Source: an uncultured Pseudomonadota bacterium
GTDB taxonomy: Bacteria; Pseudomonadota; Gammaproteobacteria; Ga0077536
DNA length: 54,842 nucleotides
Assembly: GCA_902551695.1 (NCBI GenBank)
Contig: CACDEI010000005.1
Coordinates: 1 to 54,842, forward strand
Direction: 5' to 3'
The notes below the pieces were generated by a model. That model saw only the letters and a program-made list of their open reading frames with translations, was not told the origin of the DNA and did no database searches. The translations under genes were made by a program, and so were the position numbers. Position 1 is the stretch's first letter. Every line of letters begins with the position of its first letter. Positions 39,731-50,802 of the stretch are shown here, piece after piece.

Positions 39731-41989
39731 TTATCTGACTGCTTCCTCGATCTTCACTACAAGTTCTCCTTTTTCAACTGTAACTTTAATGTGTCCTCCG
39801 CTTGTTAGCTCTCCGAAAAGCAGTTGATCCGCAAGTGGGCGCTTAATTTTTTCTTGAATGATCCTCCTCATCGGACGAGCCCCCATTTGTGGGTCGTATC
39901 CTTTTTTTGCTAACCAGTTTCTGGCTTTTTTGTCTGCTAACAGAGAGACTTTTTGTTCATCAAGCTGAGATTCTAATTCGACTAGGAACTTGTCTACTAC
40001 GTGTGCAATCGTTTCTGTTCCAAGAGGTGCAAATTGGATAATGCCATCAAGCCTGTTTCTGAATTCCGGGGTGAAAGACTTCTTCACTTCCTCTCCCGCA
40101 TCGGAGGCATGATTTTGCATGGTGAAACCAATCGATGCCCTATTGATTTTTTCTGCTCCGGCATTTGTGGTCATGACAATAACTACATTACGGAAATCAG
40201 TTTTTCTACCATTAGCGTCTGTGAGGGTGCCGTGATCCATTACTTGCAGTAATATGTTCATCACATCTGTATGAGCCTTCTCAATTTCATCTAGCAGCAG
40301 TACAGAATGAGGTGATTTTATCACCGCTTCAGTAAGTAAACCTCCGGTATCGTAACCTACATACCCTGGTGGTGCCCCTATGAGCCTGGAAACAGTATGC
40401 CGTTCCATATATTCGGACATGTCGAATCTAACAAGTTCTACTCCAAGAAGGCTTGCCAACTGTTTGGTTACTTCTGTTTTTCCTACACCAGTAGGGCCCG
40501 CAAAGAGAAATGAGCCAATAGGTTTTTCTCTATTTGCCAAACCCGATCGGGCCATTTTAATCGAAGCGCTGAGGGTGCCAATGGCCTCATCCTGTCCAAA
40601 AACAACCATTTTTAGGTCTCGCTCCAGAGTTTTTAGTACATCTTTGTCAGAGGTTGATACGGTCTTGGGGGGAATGCGCGCTATTTTCGACACAATCTCT
40701 TCTATTTCACCTACCCCTATAGTTTTTCTTCTCCTAGATACAGGGAGCAACCGTTGTCTGGCACCGGCTTCATCTATTACATCTATAGCTTTGTCAGGAA
40801 GATTCCTGTCATTAATATGGCGGTTTGTGAGTTCCACAGCGGACCTAATCGCTTGGGTAGTGTACTTGATGCTGTGATGTTTCTCGAAGCGCTCCTTAAG
40901 CCCCTGTAAAATCTTGATAGCTTCTTCTTCACTTGGTTCTAGCACGTCAATTTTTTGAAACCGCCTGGCTAGTGCCCTGTCTTTTTCAAAGATGCTTCTG
41001 TATTCCTGATGAGTAGTGGAACCTATGCATCTTAACTCACCAGAAACTAGAGCGGGTTTTATAAGATTTGAAGCGTCCATTACACCGCCAGATGCAGAGC
41101 CGGCCCCGATAATCGTATGAATTTCATCGATGAAAAGAACACTTTCCTTGTCTTCTTTGAGCTCTTCCAAAACGCTTTTCATGCGCGCCTCAAAGTCCCC
41201 GCGGTACTTTGTTCCTGCTATTAGGGCACCTAGATCCAAGGAATATACTGTTGAGCTAGAGAGAATGTCGGGGATGTCTCCCTCAAAAATCCTACGCGCT
41301 AGTCCCTCAGCAATTGCGGTTTTACCAACTCCAGCTTCCCCAACAAATAAGGGGTTGTTCTTCTTTCTTCTACAAAGAATCTGAGCAGTCCTTTCTATTT
41401 CTTCCTCCCGCCCTACCAGCGGGTCTATGTTACCGGCAGCCGCTGAGTCATTAAGATTCACAGTGTATAAATCCAGTGCTGATTTTTCTTCTTTGTCGGT
41501 CAAGGTCTCGTTGTCTGGTGAATCATCAAAGTCGCCTTCTCCCTCAGTCTCCTCATTATCTTTCGAAATTCCATGTGATATGCAATTGACTATGTCTAGC
41601 CTAGCTATGTTTTGCTGGTTTAGTAGATAGACAGCGTGGGATTCCCTTTCTCCAAAAATCGCCACTAACACATTCGCGCCTGTCACTTCCTTTTTGCCAG
41701 AAGACTGGACGTGAAATACTGCCCTTTGGAGAACCCTTTGGAAACCGATGGTCGGTTGAGTATCTCTGCTGGTATCTTCTGATAACAAAGGTGCACTATC
41801 GTCGATAAAAGAGTTTAGCTGTCGTCTAATTGAATCGAGATCCCCTCCACAGGCGGTCAGAATCTTTGCAGCGACCTCATTACTCGTAAGCGCGAGTAGC
41901 AGGTGCTCTACGGTCATGAACTCATGTCGACTCTCTCTCGCTTCTTTAAAGGCTGCATTTAGGGTGGCCTCCAGTTCCTTACTAAGCAC
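39731..41989 (-). CDS. clpA: ATP-dependent Clp protease ATP-binding subunit ClpA
   Basis: HEFMTVEHLL, two AAA modules (GEAGVGKT, GPTGVGKT), no middle domain; follows clpS. Confidence 0.97.
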   Translation of the reverse strand: MLSKELEATLNAAFKEARESRHEFMTVEHLLLALTSNEVAAKILTACGGDLDSIRRQLNSFIDDSAPLLSEDTSRDTQPTIGFQRVLQRAVFHVQSSGKKEVTGANVLVAIFGERESHAVYLLNQQNIARLDIVNCISHGISKDNEETEGEGDFDDSPDNETLTDKEEKSALDLYTVNLNDSAAAGNIDPLVGREEEIERTAQILCRRKKNNPLFVGEAGVGKTAIAEGLARRIFEGDIPDILSSSTVYSLDLGALIAGTKYRGDFEARMKSVLEELKEDKESVLFIDEIHTIIGAGSASGGVMDASNLIKPALVSGELRCIGSTTHQEYRSIFEKDRALARRFQKIDVLEPSEEEAIKILQGLKERFEKHHSIKYTTQAIRSAVELTNRHINDRNLPDKAIDVIDEAGARQRLLPVSRRRKTIGVGEIEEIVSKIARIPPKTVSTSDKDVLKTLERDLKMVVFGQDEAIGTLSASIKMARSGLANREKPIGSFLFAGPTGVGKTEVTKQLASLLGVELVRFDMSEYMERHTVSRLIGAPPGYVGYDTGGLLTEAVIKSPHSVLLLDEIEKAHTDVMNILLQVMDHGTLTDANGRKTDFRNVVIVMTTNAGAEKINRASIGFTMQNHASDAGEEVKKSFTPEFRNRLDGIIQFAPLGTETIAHVVDKFLVELESQLDEQKVSLLADKKARNWLAKKGYDPQMGARPMRRIIQEKIKRPLADQLLFGELTSGGHIKVTVEKGELVVKIEEAVR

Positions 41990-42036
41990 AATGAATTCCT
42001 TGATTTTTGTCTATTTTATTTAAGTTAAATTGCATT

Positions 42037-42357
42037 CTAGTCATCTGTCTCTACGGTGCAAATCAAAGGATGCTCGTTACTTCTAGCATAATCAACCACT
42101 TGTGTTGCTTTAGTTTCAGCTAGATCATAAGAGAAAATCCCGCAAACGCCTTTCCCCTTGGTGTGAACCTCAAGCATCACCTTTGTAGCTTGCTGCCTAT
42201 TCATTGCAAAAAAGAACTCCAAAACGTGTATCACGAATTCCATTGGAGTATAGTCGTCGTTAATCATAACGACCTTATACATTTTTGGTTTTTTCACCTT
42301 TGGAGGCGCTTCTTTAACCAATAAGTCGCCAGACCCGTGGTCGTCTTTCTCTTCCAC
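42037..42357 (-). CDS. clpS: Clp protease adaptor ClpS
   Basis: [21 protein letters not shown]. Confidence 0.97.
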   Translation of the reverse strand: MEEKDDHGSGDLLVKEAPPKVKKPKMYKVVMINDDYTPMEFVIHVLEFFFAMNRQQATKVMLEVHTKGKGVCGIFSYDLAETKATQVVDYARSNEHPLICTVETDD

Positions 42358-42474
42358 TGTTTTTTGTCCTATTTAAGCACTACGTTTTTTATCTCTCTTG
42401 CCTTGGGTGGACTCTCAAGAGTCTCTAGCAGCAACTTGACTGTATAAAAAAATAGACAATTTATCTACCCGGTA

Positions 42475-42503
42475 TTGACAAATGATGCGGTGCAACTTAC
42501 CTT
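42475..42503 (+). promoter_or_regulatory. Candidate sigma70 promoter for aceBA
   Basis: TTGACA-17 nt-TACCTT; a second TATAAT at 42535-42540. Confidence 0.55.
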
Positions 42504-42618
42504 TCACCCCCTATGTTTTTTTTCAGGAAAAATCTATAATCCTGTGTGAAATTTATTCTATGAGTTTACGTCAAAAGACAGAAATTGGTTTTCATTCTCA
42601 AAGGTAGGTGATCAGTTA

Positions 42619-44220
42619 ATGACAGAAAGTATCGGCACCGACAGCGCAAATCCTCTTAAATTGGTTTGTCCTAAGGAAGGTTATGAAGACATACTGAGCG
42701 AGCCCGCATTAGACTTTTTGCAGGCACTTTGTACTGAGTTTAGTTCCAGAATAGAGGATCTTCTGGCCGATAGAATTGTTAGACAGGCAGAGTTCGATAA
42801 GGGCGAATTGCCTGATTTTTTGGAAGAGACTAAGAAAATAAGGGATGGCTCTTGGAAAGTATCCAAGGTCCCTGAAATTCTTCAAGACCGACGAGTTGAA
42901 ATCACTGGGCCAGTGGATAGAAAAATGATAATCAATGCGCTGAATTCCGGTGCCAAGGTTTATATGGCCGATTTTGAGGACTCCTCAAGCCCTACTTGGT
43001 CCGCTATGATGGACGGTCAGGTGAATCTAAAGGATGCGACCAGCGGAACCATAGAGTTTACAAACGAGATAGGAAAAAAATACCAGCTGGCCGATCGGAC
43101 GGCAACATTAATCGTGCGTCCGCGTGGTCTGCATCTAAAAGAAAAGGGATTTTTAGCTGACGGGAGCCCAGTACCAGCGGCATTGATAGATTTTGGTCTG
43201 TTCTTTTTTCACAATGGCAGAAAGATGTATGAGGCAAATAAGGGTCCTTTTTTCTATTTACCCAAGTTAGAGGGCTATCACGAAGCTAGACTGTGGAACG
43301 ATGTTTTCATCTTCGCTCAAAATTGGTGTGACATACCACAAGGAACGCTCAAAGCGACCGTATTAATAGAGACGATACCGGCTGTTTTTCAGATGAATGA
43401 AATTCTTTGGGAGCTGAGAGAGCACGTTGCGGGACTAAATTGCGGTCGGTGGGATTATATTTTTAGTTTCATCAAATGTTTTAGAAATAATGCTGATTTT
43501 GTACTACCTGATAGGAAGAGTATAGGTATGGATGTTCATTTTCTCGATTCCTATTCGAAGCTCCTGGTACAAACCTGTCACAAACGAGGCGCTCATGCGA
43601 TGGGGGGTATGGCGGCTCAAATTCCTATAAAGGACGATCAGGTAGCCCATCAGTCCGCTATAGAAAAGGTTCGTAAGGATAAAGAGCGAGAAGCACTTAA
43701 TGGGCATGATGGTACTTGGGTGGCGCATCCAGGTTTGATACCGGTGGCAATGGAAATTTTTGAGAAACAGCTTCCTGGTCTGAATCAGATAGATAAAGTG
43801 CACGATGGGTTAGAAATAAAGCAGGAAGATCTTTTGGCTGTACCAGAGGGAGAGAAGACTCTGGATGGTTTCAGGACAAATATATCCGCGGCTCTTCGAT
43901 ACATAGAAGAATGGTTGAGAGGGGTCGGTTGTGTGCCTCTGAATCATTTGATGGAGGATGCTGCTACTGCCGAAATATCTCGCGCACAAATATGGCAGTG
44001 GGTGCATCACAGCCAGGAGTTTTCGGGTAGCCACGAAAAGATAACGCTTGAGTTGTTTAAAGAAGAATTGAGGAGTGAACTGGAGGCTGTGGAAAGAGAG
44101 TTTACCTCAGACGCTTTATCCGTGAGAAAATTTAGTGAGGCTGCCAAACTGCTAAGTGATCTTGTTGAAGATAGGCAGTTAGCTCCATTTTTGACTCTTG
44201 AGGCTTACCATCTAATTTAA
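42619..44220 (+). CDS. aceB: Malate synthase A
   Basis: [54 protein letters not shown]. Confidence 0.97.
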   Translation: MTESIGTDSANPLKLVCPKEGYEDILSEPALDFLQALCTEFSSRIEDLLADRIVRQAEFDKGELPDFLEETKKIRDGSWKVSKVPEILQDRRVEITGPVDRKMIINALNSGAKVYMADFEDSSSPTWSAMMDGQVNLKDATSGTIEFTNEIGKKYQLADRTATLIVRPRGLHLKEKGFLADGSPVPAALIDFGLFFFHNGRKMYEANKGPFFYLPKLEGYHEARLWNDVFIFAQNWCDIPQGTLKATVLIETIPAVFQMNEILWELREHVAGLNCGRWDYIFSFIKCFRNNADFVLPDRKSIGMDVHFLDSYSKLLVQTCHKRGAHAMGGMAAQIPIKDDQVAHQSAIEKVRKDKEREALNGHDGTWVAHPGLIPVAMEIFEKQLPGLNQIDKVHDGLEIKQEDLLAVPEGEKTLDGFRTNISAALRYIEEWLRGVGCVPLNHLMEDAATAEISRAQIWQWVHHSQEFSGSHEKITLELFKEELRSELEAVEREFTSDALSVRKFSEAAKLLSDLVEDRQLAPFLTLEAYHLI

Positions 44221-44236
44221 CCTTTGGGAAAAAACT

Positions 44237-45529
44237 ATGTCAGAAATAATTAAGCAAGCTGAAAGTCTAAAAGACGATTGGCAAAACAATTCTCGTTGGG
44301 CAGATGTTTACAGGCCGTATTCTGCTGAAGAGGTGGTTCGACTTCGAGGAAGTTTGGTTGTAGAACACACGCTTGCTACTAGGGGCGCTCACAAATTGTG
44401 GGATCTCATTCACAATGAAGATTATGTGCCTTGTCTAGGGGCCTTGACTGGGGGGCAAGCAATGCAACAAGTGAAGGCTGGAGTGAAGGCAATCTATCTC
44501 TCTGGTTGGCAAGTTGCCGCTGATGCAAATACTTCTGAAACCATGTATCCCGACCAGTCTCTCTATGCCGTTAATTCTGTGCCGACGATTGTTTCACGGA
44601 TCAATAATGCCTTCACTCGTGCTGATCAAATTCAATGGCAGAAAGGGGAAGGAGACATTGATTATTTTGCCCCTATAGTCGCTGATGCAGAAGCAGGGTT
44701 TGGAGGAGTGCTGAATGCTTTTGAACTTATGAAAGCGATGATCACCGCTGGGGCTTCTGGTGTTCACTTTGAGGATCAGTTGGCTTCCGTGAAGAAATGC
44801 GGACACATGGGTGGTAAGGTGCTGGTTCCGACTAGCGAAGCTGTGCAGAAACTTGTGGCGGCTAGGTTAGCAGCTGACGTTGAGGGAGTGCCGACCATAG
44901 TTCTCGCAAGAACGGATGCAAACGCAGCCGCTCTAGTCACTAGTGATATTGATGAGCGTGACCAGGAGTTCATAACTGGCGAAAGAACTGCTGAAGGATT
45001 TTTTGTTTCCAATGCTGGGATTAAGCAGGCTATCTCAAGAGGTTTGGCCTACGCTCCCTATGCAGATTTAGTGTGGTGCGAAACAGCAGTGCCCGATTTA
45101 GAGGAAGCAAAAGTATTTGCCGAAGCTATAAAAAAACAGTACCCCAACCAGCTTTTGGCTTATAATTGCTCTCCTTCCTTCAATTGGAAGCGTAATTTGG
45201 ATGATGCAACTATAGCTAAATTCCAGAAGGAATTAGGGGCTATGGGTTATAAGTACCAGTTCATCACTTTGGCTGGTATTCACAATATGTGGTTTAACAT
45301 GTTCGAACTAGCGGATGAGTATGTGAAGTCTGGGATGACGGCTTACGTGAACTCGCTACAAGAAAAAGAGTTTTCCGCTTTGGATCGAGGATACACTTTC
45401 TCAAGCCACCAGCAGGAAGTGGGCGCGGGCTATTTTGATGCTGTTACTACTGTAATACAGGGAGGGAGTTCTTCAGTTACCGCTTTAGCAGGTTCCACTG
45501 AGGAAGAACAATTTTCTATTAAGCCATAA
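44237..45529 (+). CDS. aceA: Isocitrate lyase
   Basis: KKCGHMGGK signature, [29 protein letters not shown]. Confidence 0.98.
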   Translation: MSEIIKQAESLKDDWQNNSRWADVYRPYSAEEVVRLRGSLVVEHTLATRGAHKLWDLIHNEDYVPCLGALTGGQAMQQVKAGVKAIYLSGWQVAADANTSETMYPDQSLYAVNSVPTIVSRINNAFTRADQIQWQKGEGDIDYFAPIVADAEAGFGGVLNAFELMKAMITAGASGVHFEDQLASVKKCGHMGGKVLVPTSEAVQKLVAARLAADVEGVPTIVLARTDANAAALVTSDIDERDQEFITGERTAEGFFVSNAGIKQAISRGLAYAPYADLVWCETAVPDLEEAKVFAEAIKKQYPNQLLAYNCSPSFNWKRNLDDATIAKFQKELGAMGYKYQFITLAGIHNMWFNMFELADEYVKSGMTAYVNSLQEKEFSALDRGYTFSSHQQEVGAGYFDAVTTVIQGGSSSVTALAGSTEEEQFSIKP

Positions 45530-45543
45530 ACCCTTTCGAGCCG

Positions 45544-45819
45544 CTATCCTATCTCACTTGGTGTAAGGGTGGACATGCTTAATGCGTGAATATCTGTTTC
45601 CATGAGACTTGCTAGGGCGCGGTATACTAACCTCTGTCTCTGGATCATAGGTAAACCTTCGAACCGTTTGGATATGATAGTGAGCTTGAAATGTCCTTTA
45701 CCTGAGCGGGCGCCAAGATGTCCCACATGCTTGTGACTTTCATCTAATACTTCTATTTCTATCGGAGAAAATGTTTCTTCCAGAACTTTTTTGATCATCT
45801 TTATGCGATTTGCTGCCAT
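45544..45819 (-). CDS. bolA: BolA family protein
   Basis: DESHKHVGH, GHF...I.S..F.G, QRLVY, IHAL. Confidence 0.9.
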   Translation of the reverse strand: MAANRIKMIKKVLEETFSPIEIEVLDESHKHVGHLGARSGKGHFKLTIISKRFEGLPMIQRQRLVYRALASLMETDIHALSMSTLTPSEIG

Positions 45820-45995
45820 AATATACTCCTTCGTGAAAGTGCCAAAGGTAAAAAAGGGAGCTGGTTTGGATGTCTTTCACGGAAAAGTGTAGGAAGCTTG
45901 AGAAGCCTGCTATTTCTCCGGGAAGATGCTCATGAGATTAGTGTTATGATACACCCACTAGAAATGTTTAGAAAGAGCGGTTTGTGACAGAATAA

Positions 45996-47207
45996 ATGAG
46001 TATAAGTTTAAATCGAAGAGTGCTCTCTGGTATGAGGCCGACAGGTAGTCTGCATTTGGGACACTACCATGGGGTTCTCAAAAACTGGATAAATTTGCAG
46101 CACGAGTATGAGTGTTTCTTTTTTGTCGCTGATTGGCATGCCTTGACGACTAATTATGAGGACACTTCGCCAATTAGCGCCTCTGCGTCACAAATGGTGG
46201 TCGATTGGCTTTCGGTTGGTATTAATCCTGGTGAGGCCACGTTATTTGTGCAGTCTCGGGTTCCTGAGCATGCGGAGCTACACCTTCTGCTCTCTATGAT
46301 AACCCCCGTTAGTTGGCTTGAGAGGGTTCCGAGTTACAAAGATCAGCAAGATAAGTTGAAAGAGAAGGATTTATCAACATATGGTTTTCTTGGCTATCCT
46401 TTACTGCAAACTGCTGACATCTTAATTTATAAAGCCGGTTATGTACCGGTTGGAGAAGATCAGGTGGCGCACATTGAGATGTCCAGGGAAGTGGCTCGGA
46501 GATTTAATTATATTTACGGTCGAGATGCAGATTATGGTGAAAAAGCTGAAGAGGCGGCCAGGAAGATGGGGAAAAAGAACTCCAAGCTATATTCAAAAAT
46601 AAGAAAAGATTATCAAGAAGATGGAAATTCTGAGGCCTTAGAAAAAGGGCGTGCGTTACTAGAAAGTCAACAAAATATTAGTGTTGGTGATAAGGAACGA
46701 TTACTTGGATACATAGAAGGTGGGGGCAAGGTGATTTTGCCAGAACCTCAACCCTTGCTAACTCAAGACTCTAAAATGCCGGGTTTAGATGGGGAGAAAA
46801 TGTCCAAGTCATACAATAATACCATTGGTTTACGAGAGGAACCTGAATCGGTCGAACAAAAGCTGAAGACGATGCCAACAGACCCTGCTAGGGTTCGACG
46901 AGCCGATCCAGGGAACCCCTCAAGATGTCCGGTTTGGAAGTTACACAATGTTTATTCTAATGATGATGTGAAAAGTTGGGCCATTAAGGGTTGTAAGAGC
47001 GCGAGCATAGGTTGTGTAGACTGTAAGGGCCCTCTGATCGATTCTGTCCTTAAGGAACAGCAACCGGTCAGGGAGAGAGCCCAGGAATATCTGAGTAATC
47101 CTGAATCTGTTCAGGCAGTAATCGACGAGGGGAGTGAACGAGCTAGAGAAATTGCCAGGGATACTTTAGAGGAGGTAAAAAACGCTATGGGACTAAATCA
47201 TCGATGA
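45996..47207 (+). CDS. trpS: Tryptophanyl-tRNA synthetase (long-insert type)
   Basis: SGMRPTG.LHLGH, VPVGEDQ, KMSKS. Confidence 0.96.
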   Translation: MSISLNRRVLSGMRPTGSLHLGHYHGVLKNWINLQHEYECFFFVADWHALTTNYEDTSPISASASQMVVDWLSVGINPGEATLFVQSRVPEHAELHLLLSMITPVSWLERVPSYKDQQDKLKEKDLSTYGFLGYPLLQTADILIYKAGYVPVGEDQVAHIEMSREVARRFNYIYGRDADYGEKAEEAARKMGKKNSKLYSKIRKDYQEDGNSEALEKGRALLESQQNISVGDKERLLGYIEGGGKVILPEPQPLLTQDSKMPGLDGEKMSKSYNNTIGLREEPESVEQKLKTMPTDPARVRRADPGNPSRCPVWKLHNVYSNDDVKSWAIKGCKSASIGCVDCKGPLIDSVLKEQQPVRERAQEYLSNPESVQAVIDEGSERAREIARDTLEEVKNAMGLNHR

Positions 47208-47241
47208 TATTTGAAACTTTTAAAATTCGTAAAGGGGGGTT

Positions 47242-48048
47242 ATGATCGGCGCTGAAATGATGATAGATGAAGAGCCTATAGCGATCGTAGGTGGTCGTAA
47301 ACTTTCCGAAATACCAAGCGATTTGTATATTCCGCATGACGCCATGAAAGTGGCATTAGATGAATTTGAAGGACCATTAGACCTGCTCCTATATCTGATC
47401 AGGAAAGAAAACTTAGACATATCTGAGCTAGCCATTGCGCCTATCACAGAGCAATATATGAATTTCCTCACGACGATGAATGAGCTGGATGTGAATCTGG
47501 CCGCTGAATATCTCCTTATGGCCGCGGTTTTAGCACAGATTAAATCAAAATTTATTTTGCCTGTTCTGGATAACGACGAGGACGAGGACGACCCCCGAGC
47601 TGAATTGATAAGGAGGTTAAAGGTTTATGAGCAATTTAAGATCGCTTCAGAGCAGCTGGATGAGGTTCCCAGAATGGAAAGAGACTGGTTTGATACTGTA
47701 GTTTCGTCGACCAGGCCCGTTAGTCCTCTGCCCATGGCTAGCGTTGTGGATTTGAAAAATGCGTTCTTGGCCGTTACTTCCAGGCTCAGGCTTGCAAAGG
47801 CCCATCTTATTGGTCGTGAAAAGTTTTCTGTTAGCGACAGAATGAATAAAGTTCTTGGTTTTTTTAAACTGAGGAAAATATTTTCTTTTGAACAATTAAT
47901 TGCTGAGGGTGAGGGGCGTGCTGGCTTGGTTGTATCTCTGGTGGCGGTTCTAGAACTAGCAAAGAATCAAATGATATCTATCTTGCAAAATGAAGGGGAA
48001 GAAAAGATTTACTTCAAACAAAGAGAGCGCATTGGAAACGCTAAATGA
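47242..48048 (+). CDS. scpA: Segregation and condensation protein A
   Basis: FEGPLDLLLYLIRK, AAEYLLMAA...IKS, DPRAELIRRL, AVLELAK. Confidence 0.95.
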   Translation: MIGAEMMIDEEPIAIVGGRKLSEIPSDLYIPHDAMKVALDEFEGPLDLLLYLIRKENLDISELAIAPITEQYMNFLTTMNELDVNLAAEYLLMAAVLAQIKSKFILPVLDNDEDEDDPRAELIRRLKVYEQFKIASEQLDEVPRMERDWFDTVVSSTRPVSPLPMASVVDLKNAFLAVTSRLRLAKAHLIGREKFSVSDRMNKVLGFFKLRKIFSFEQLIAEGEGRAGLVVSLVAVLELAKNQMISILQNEGEEKIYFKQRERIGNAK

Positions 48049-48626
48049 GAGACACAAATATAAAGAATGTGATCGAAGCAATGATCTTTGCCTCTGAGGA
48101 GCCGCTTACCCTGAGTCGAATCAACAATATGTTAATGGACCAATGTGATCTGAAGTCGTCCGATATCAAAGGAATTATCGAAAATTTGAAATCTGATTAT
48201 GCTGAGAGGGGTATCGAACTAATAGAGACCGCTAGCGGGTTTAGTTTTAAAACAAGGGAAGATTATACGGAAAATTTAAGAGGGCTTTGGGACGGAAGAA
48301 GACCCAAGTACACCAGAGCTTTTCTGGAGACTATGGCAATTATAGCGTACAGGCAACCGGTGACAAGAGGCGATATAGAAGAAATAAGGGGTGTAGCAGC
48401 AAGCTCAGCCTTGGTACGCCAACTTTTAGACCGAGATTGGATCAGGGCGGTTGGTCGTAAAGAAGTCCCAGGAAGACCAACGCTCTACGGTACAACGAAC
48501 GCGTTTCTGGATTACTTTGGTCTTCGCTCGCTCAATGAACTCCCCGTTCTTGAGGAAGAGGCGAAAAACGATGAAAAGATCCAAGGAAGTCCTGCAGGTG
48601 AGGAAGAGGCGCAAAAACGGTTATGA
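48045..48626 (+). CDS. scpB: Segregation and condensation protein B
   Basis: IEAMIFAS.EP, ETMAIIAYRQPVTRGDIEEIRGV, PGRP.LYGT. Confidence 0.96.
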   Translation: MRDTNIKNVIEAMIFASEEPLTLSRINNMLMDQCDLKSSDIKGIIENLKSDYAERGIELIETASGFSFKTREDYTENLRGLWDGRRPKYTRAFLETMAIIAYRQPVTRGDIEEIRGVAASSALVRQLLDRDWIRAVGRKEVPGRPTLYGTTNAFLDYFGLRSLNELPVLEEEAKNDEKIQGSPAGEEEAQKRL

Positions 48627-48677
48627 CGATTAACTTGTTTGTTTGGGTTGACACTTGTTGCTCCTTGGAGTCGAAGA

Positions 48678-49478
48678 ATGATTCGGCCTAACGTCAAAAA
48701 GTACGAGAATGTTTCAGGAGGGAAGAACCCTTCATCTCGAGTCCAAAAATATCTGAGTAATGCTGGGTTCGGTTCTAGAAGAGCAATGGAAGCCCTACTA
48801 AAAGAGGGGCGGATCAATATAAATGGGAAGGTGGCACAACTTGGAGACACTGTTAAAGACCAAGATAAAATCGCTATCAATGATGGTAGATACCACCGAG
48901 TTAAATTAAGGCGAGCTAAATCAAGAGTTCTGGCCTACAATAAACCCGTTGGGGTAGTTAGCAGCCGGGCGGGAAATCAACGATGGTCAACGATATACGA
49001 AGGGCTTCCAAAAGAGATTGGTTTCAGGTGGGTGTCCATTGGTCGCCTCGACGTGAATACATCTGGCCTGATATTGTTTACTGACAATGGGGATTTAGCA
49101 AGTCGTCTGATGCACCCCTCGCGAAAACTTGATAGAGAGTACGCGGTCAGGGTTTTCGGAGAAATGTCCCAAGAGAAACTCCAAAAACTAAAAAATGGAG
49201 TTTTGATAGATAGGGAAAAGCTGAGATTTAGCGATGTGGTTCGAGGCAATGGAGAGGGTGTTAATCGATGGTATACCTGTGTCGTCCAGTCCGGAAAAAA
49301 TAGAGAAGTTAGGAAAATTTGGGAATCGCAAGGGGTAAAGGTTAGTAGGCTGATTAGAGTGCGTTTTGGTAACGTCCTTCTGCCTATCGATTTGCGGCCC
49401 GGCTCAGCCGTGGAGTTAGGGGCTGGCTTGGTGAGAGAGTTGTTTATACTAGCAGGAATGGAAAAGGTCGATGGATAG
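48678..49478 (+). CDS. rluB: 23S rRNA pseudouridine synthase B
   Basis: S4 domain (GSRR..E), GRLDVNTSGL, GKNREVR, VSRLIRVRFG; follows scpB; GGAG SD before ATG 48678. Confidence 0.9.
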   Translation: MIRPNVKKYENVSGGKNPSSRVQKYLSNAGFGSRRAMEALLKEGRININGKVAQLGDTVKDQDKIAINDGRYHRVKLRRAKSRVLAYNKPVGVVSSRAGNQRWSTIYEGLPKEIGFRWVSIGRLDVNTSGLILFTDNGDLASRLMHPSRKLDREYAVRVFGEMSQEKLQKLKNGVLIDREKLRFSDVVRGNGEGVNRWYTCVVQSGKNREVRKIWESQGVKVSRLIRVRFGNVLLPIDLRPGSAVELGAGLVRELFILAGMEKVDG

Positions 49479-50232
49479 TCGAATTATAATAGCTAACTGG
49501 AAAATGAATGGTTCTGCTGAAATGGTCGCAAATATAGTCCCGGCTATCGTCGGTTTTAAAGTCCCGGGTGTAAGGTCGGTCCTCTGTCCGCCAGCGATTT
49601 TTCTAAGGTCAGTTGCTGAAATGATAGGCTCCGCAGAGGTTTTTCTGGGAGGGCAAAATTGCTCTACTGAAAAATCGGGCGCTTTCACTGGTGAAATATC
49701 TCCAGAGATGCTTGGGAATGTTGGTTGTAGATACGTTATAATCGGGCATTCTGAACGCAGACAGTGTTACTTTGAAACTAATGGGGTGGTAGGAAAAAAG
49801 TTTGTTAACGCGATGGAGGCTGGCCTCATACCAATCTGCTGTGTTGGCGAAACTGGGGAGGAGCGAAGTAAGGGGCTAACACGTGAGGTAATTAATGGAC
49901 AGATCGATAGTCTATTTACTGCGCTAGGAGAATCTACGAGCAAGGTAAACCTAGAATTTTTGATAGCTTATGAACCGGTTTGGGCGATAGGTACTGGGGA
50001 ATCCGCTTCGCCTGACTTGGCGTCCGAAACACATATCATGATAAGAGACAGAGTAGCACAACACAATGCAGTAGTAGCTGAAACCATTAAAATACTTTAC
50101 GGTGGAAGTGTTAACGAAAAGAACGCTGGTAGTTTCTTTGAAAAAGGTGAAATAGGTGGGGCTCTAATTGGCGGAGCCTCCCTTAAACCTCATAGTTTCA
50201 ATGAAATTAGAAAGTTGGCAGCGGGTGCTTAG
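49471..50232 (+). CDS. tpiA: Triosephosphate isomerase
   Basis: ANWKMNG, IGHSERR, AYEPVWAIGTG, LYGGSV, GGASL. Confidence 0.97.
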   Translation: MDSRIIIANWKMNGSAEMVANIVPAIVGFKVPGVRSVLCPPAIFLRSVAEMIGSAEVFLGGQNCSTEKSGAFTGEISPEMLGNVGCRYVIIGHSERRQCYFETNGVVGKKFVNAMEAGLIPICCVGETGEERSKGLTREVINGQIDSLFTALGESTSKVNLEFLIAYEPVWAIGTGESASPDLASETHIMIRDRVAQHNAVVAETIKILYGGSVNEKNAGSFFEKGEIGGALIGGASLKPHSFNEIRKLAAGA

Positions 50233-50256
50233 TTTGATTTTGAGGAGAGAAGAAGG

Positions 50257-50610
50257 ATGTCATTAGGATTTGGTCTTATGTTGGCTTTTCAAGTGGTACT
50301 GGCCGTATTCTTGGTGGTCATTATCTTATTGCAACAAGGTAAAGGGGCTACCGCGGGTGCTTCTTTTGGAGCAGGTGCCTCTTCCACCGTATTTGGTTCC
50401 AGAGGTTCCGCTTCTTTTTTGAGTCGGACCACCTCTATTGCTGCCACACTTTTTCTTCTGAATAGTATGGCATTGGCCTATTTTTACGGACATGCAGGAG
50501 AAGAATCAAGCGTTTTGGACGAGAATCTAACTGGATCAGGGGTAGCAGAAGAGCAGATGAATGAAAATACCGAGGGGTTGCCAAATGATGTGCCAAGTTT
50601 TCAGGATTAA
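50257..50610 (+). CDS. secG: Preprotein translocase subunit SecG
   Basis: LLQQGKGA..GASFGAGAS.TVFGS.GS..FLSR.T. Confidence 0.96.
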   Translation: MSLGFGLMLAFQVVLAVFLVVIILLQQGKGATAGASFGAGASSTVFGSRGSASFLSRTTSIAATLFLLNSMALAYFYGHAGEESSVLDENLTGSGVAEEQMNENTEGLPNDVPSFQD

Positions 50611-50717
50611 TTTTGGCCGTGTAAAGGAACATCTATCCTGGAACTCTTCATATACTGCGCTTTTACTTGTCTCGTGACCAATCCCTGGTTGTTAGTTAGC
50701 TCGACCGCCTTTTTTTT

Positions 50718-50802
50718 GCCGATGTGGTGGAATTGGTAGACACGCTGTCTTGAGGGGGCAGTGCCGCAAGGCGTGCCGGTTCGACTCCGGCCATCGGCAC
50801 CA
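50718..50802 (+). tRNA. tRNA-Leu(GAG)
   Basis: 85 nt, long variable arm; anticodon arm CTGTC-TT-GAG-GG-GGCAG; CCA end; usual position after secG. Confidence 0.97.

Noticed and set aside
40380-40877. 165-aa antisense ORF within clpA, and the many other 60-120 aa antisense or nested ORFs in the track
   Set aside because: Shadow frames of well-conserved genes with no recognisable motifs or independent signals
42440-42455. SOS-box-like CTGTATAAAAAAATAG between clpS and aceB
   Set aside because: The right half reads TAG instead of the near-invariant CAG, and neither flanking gene is a usual LexA target
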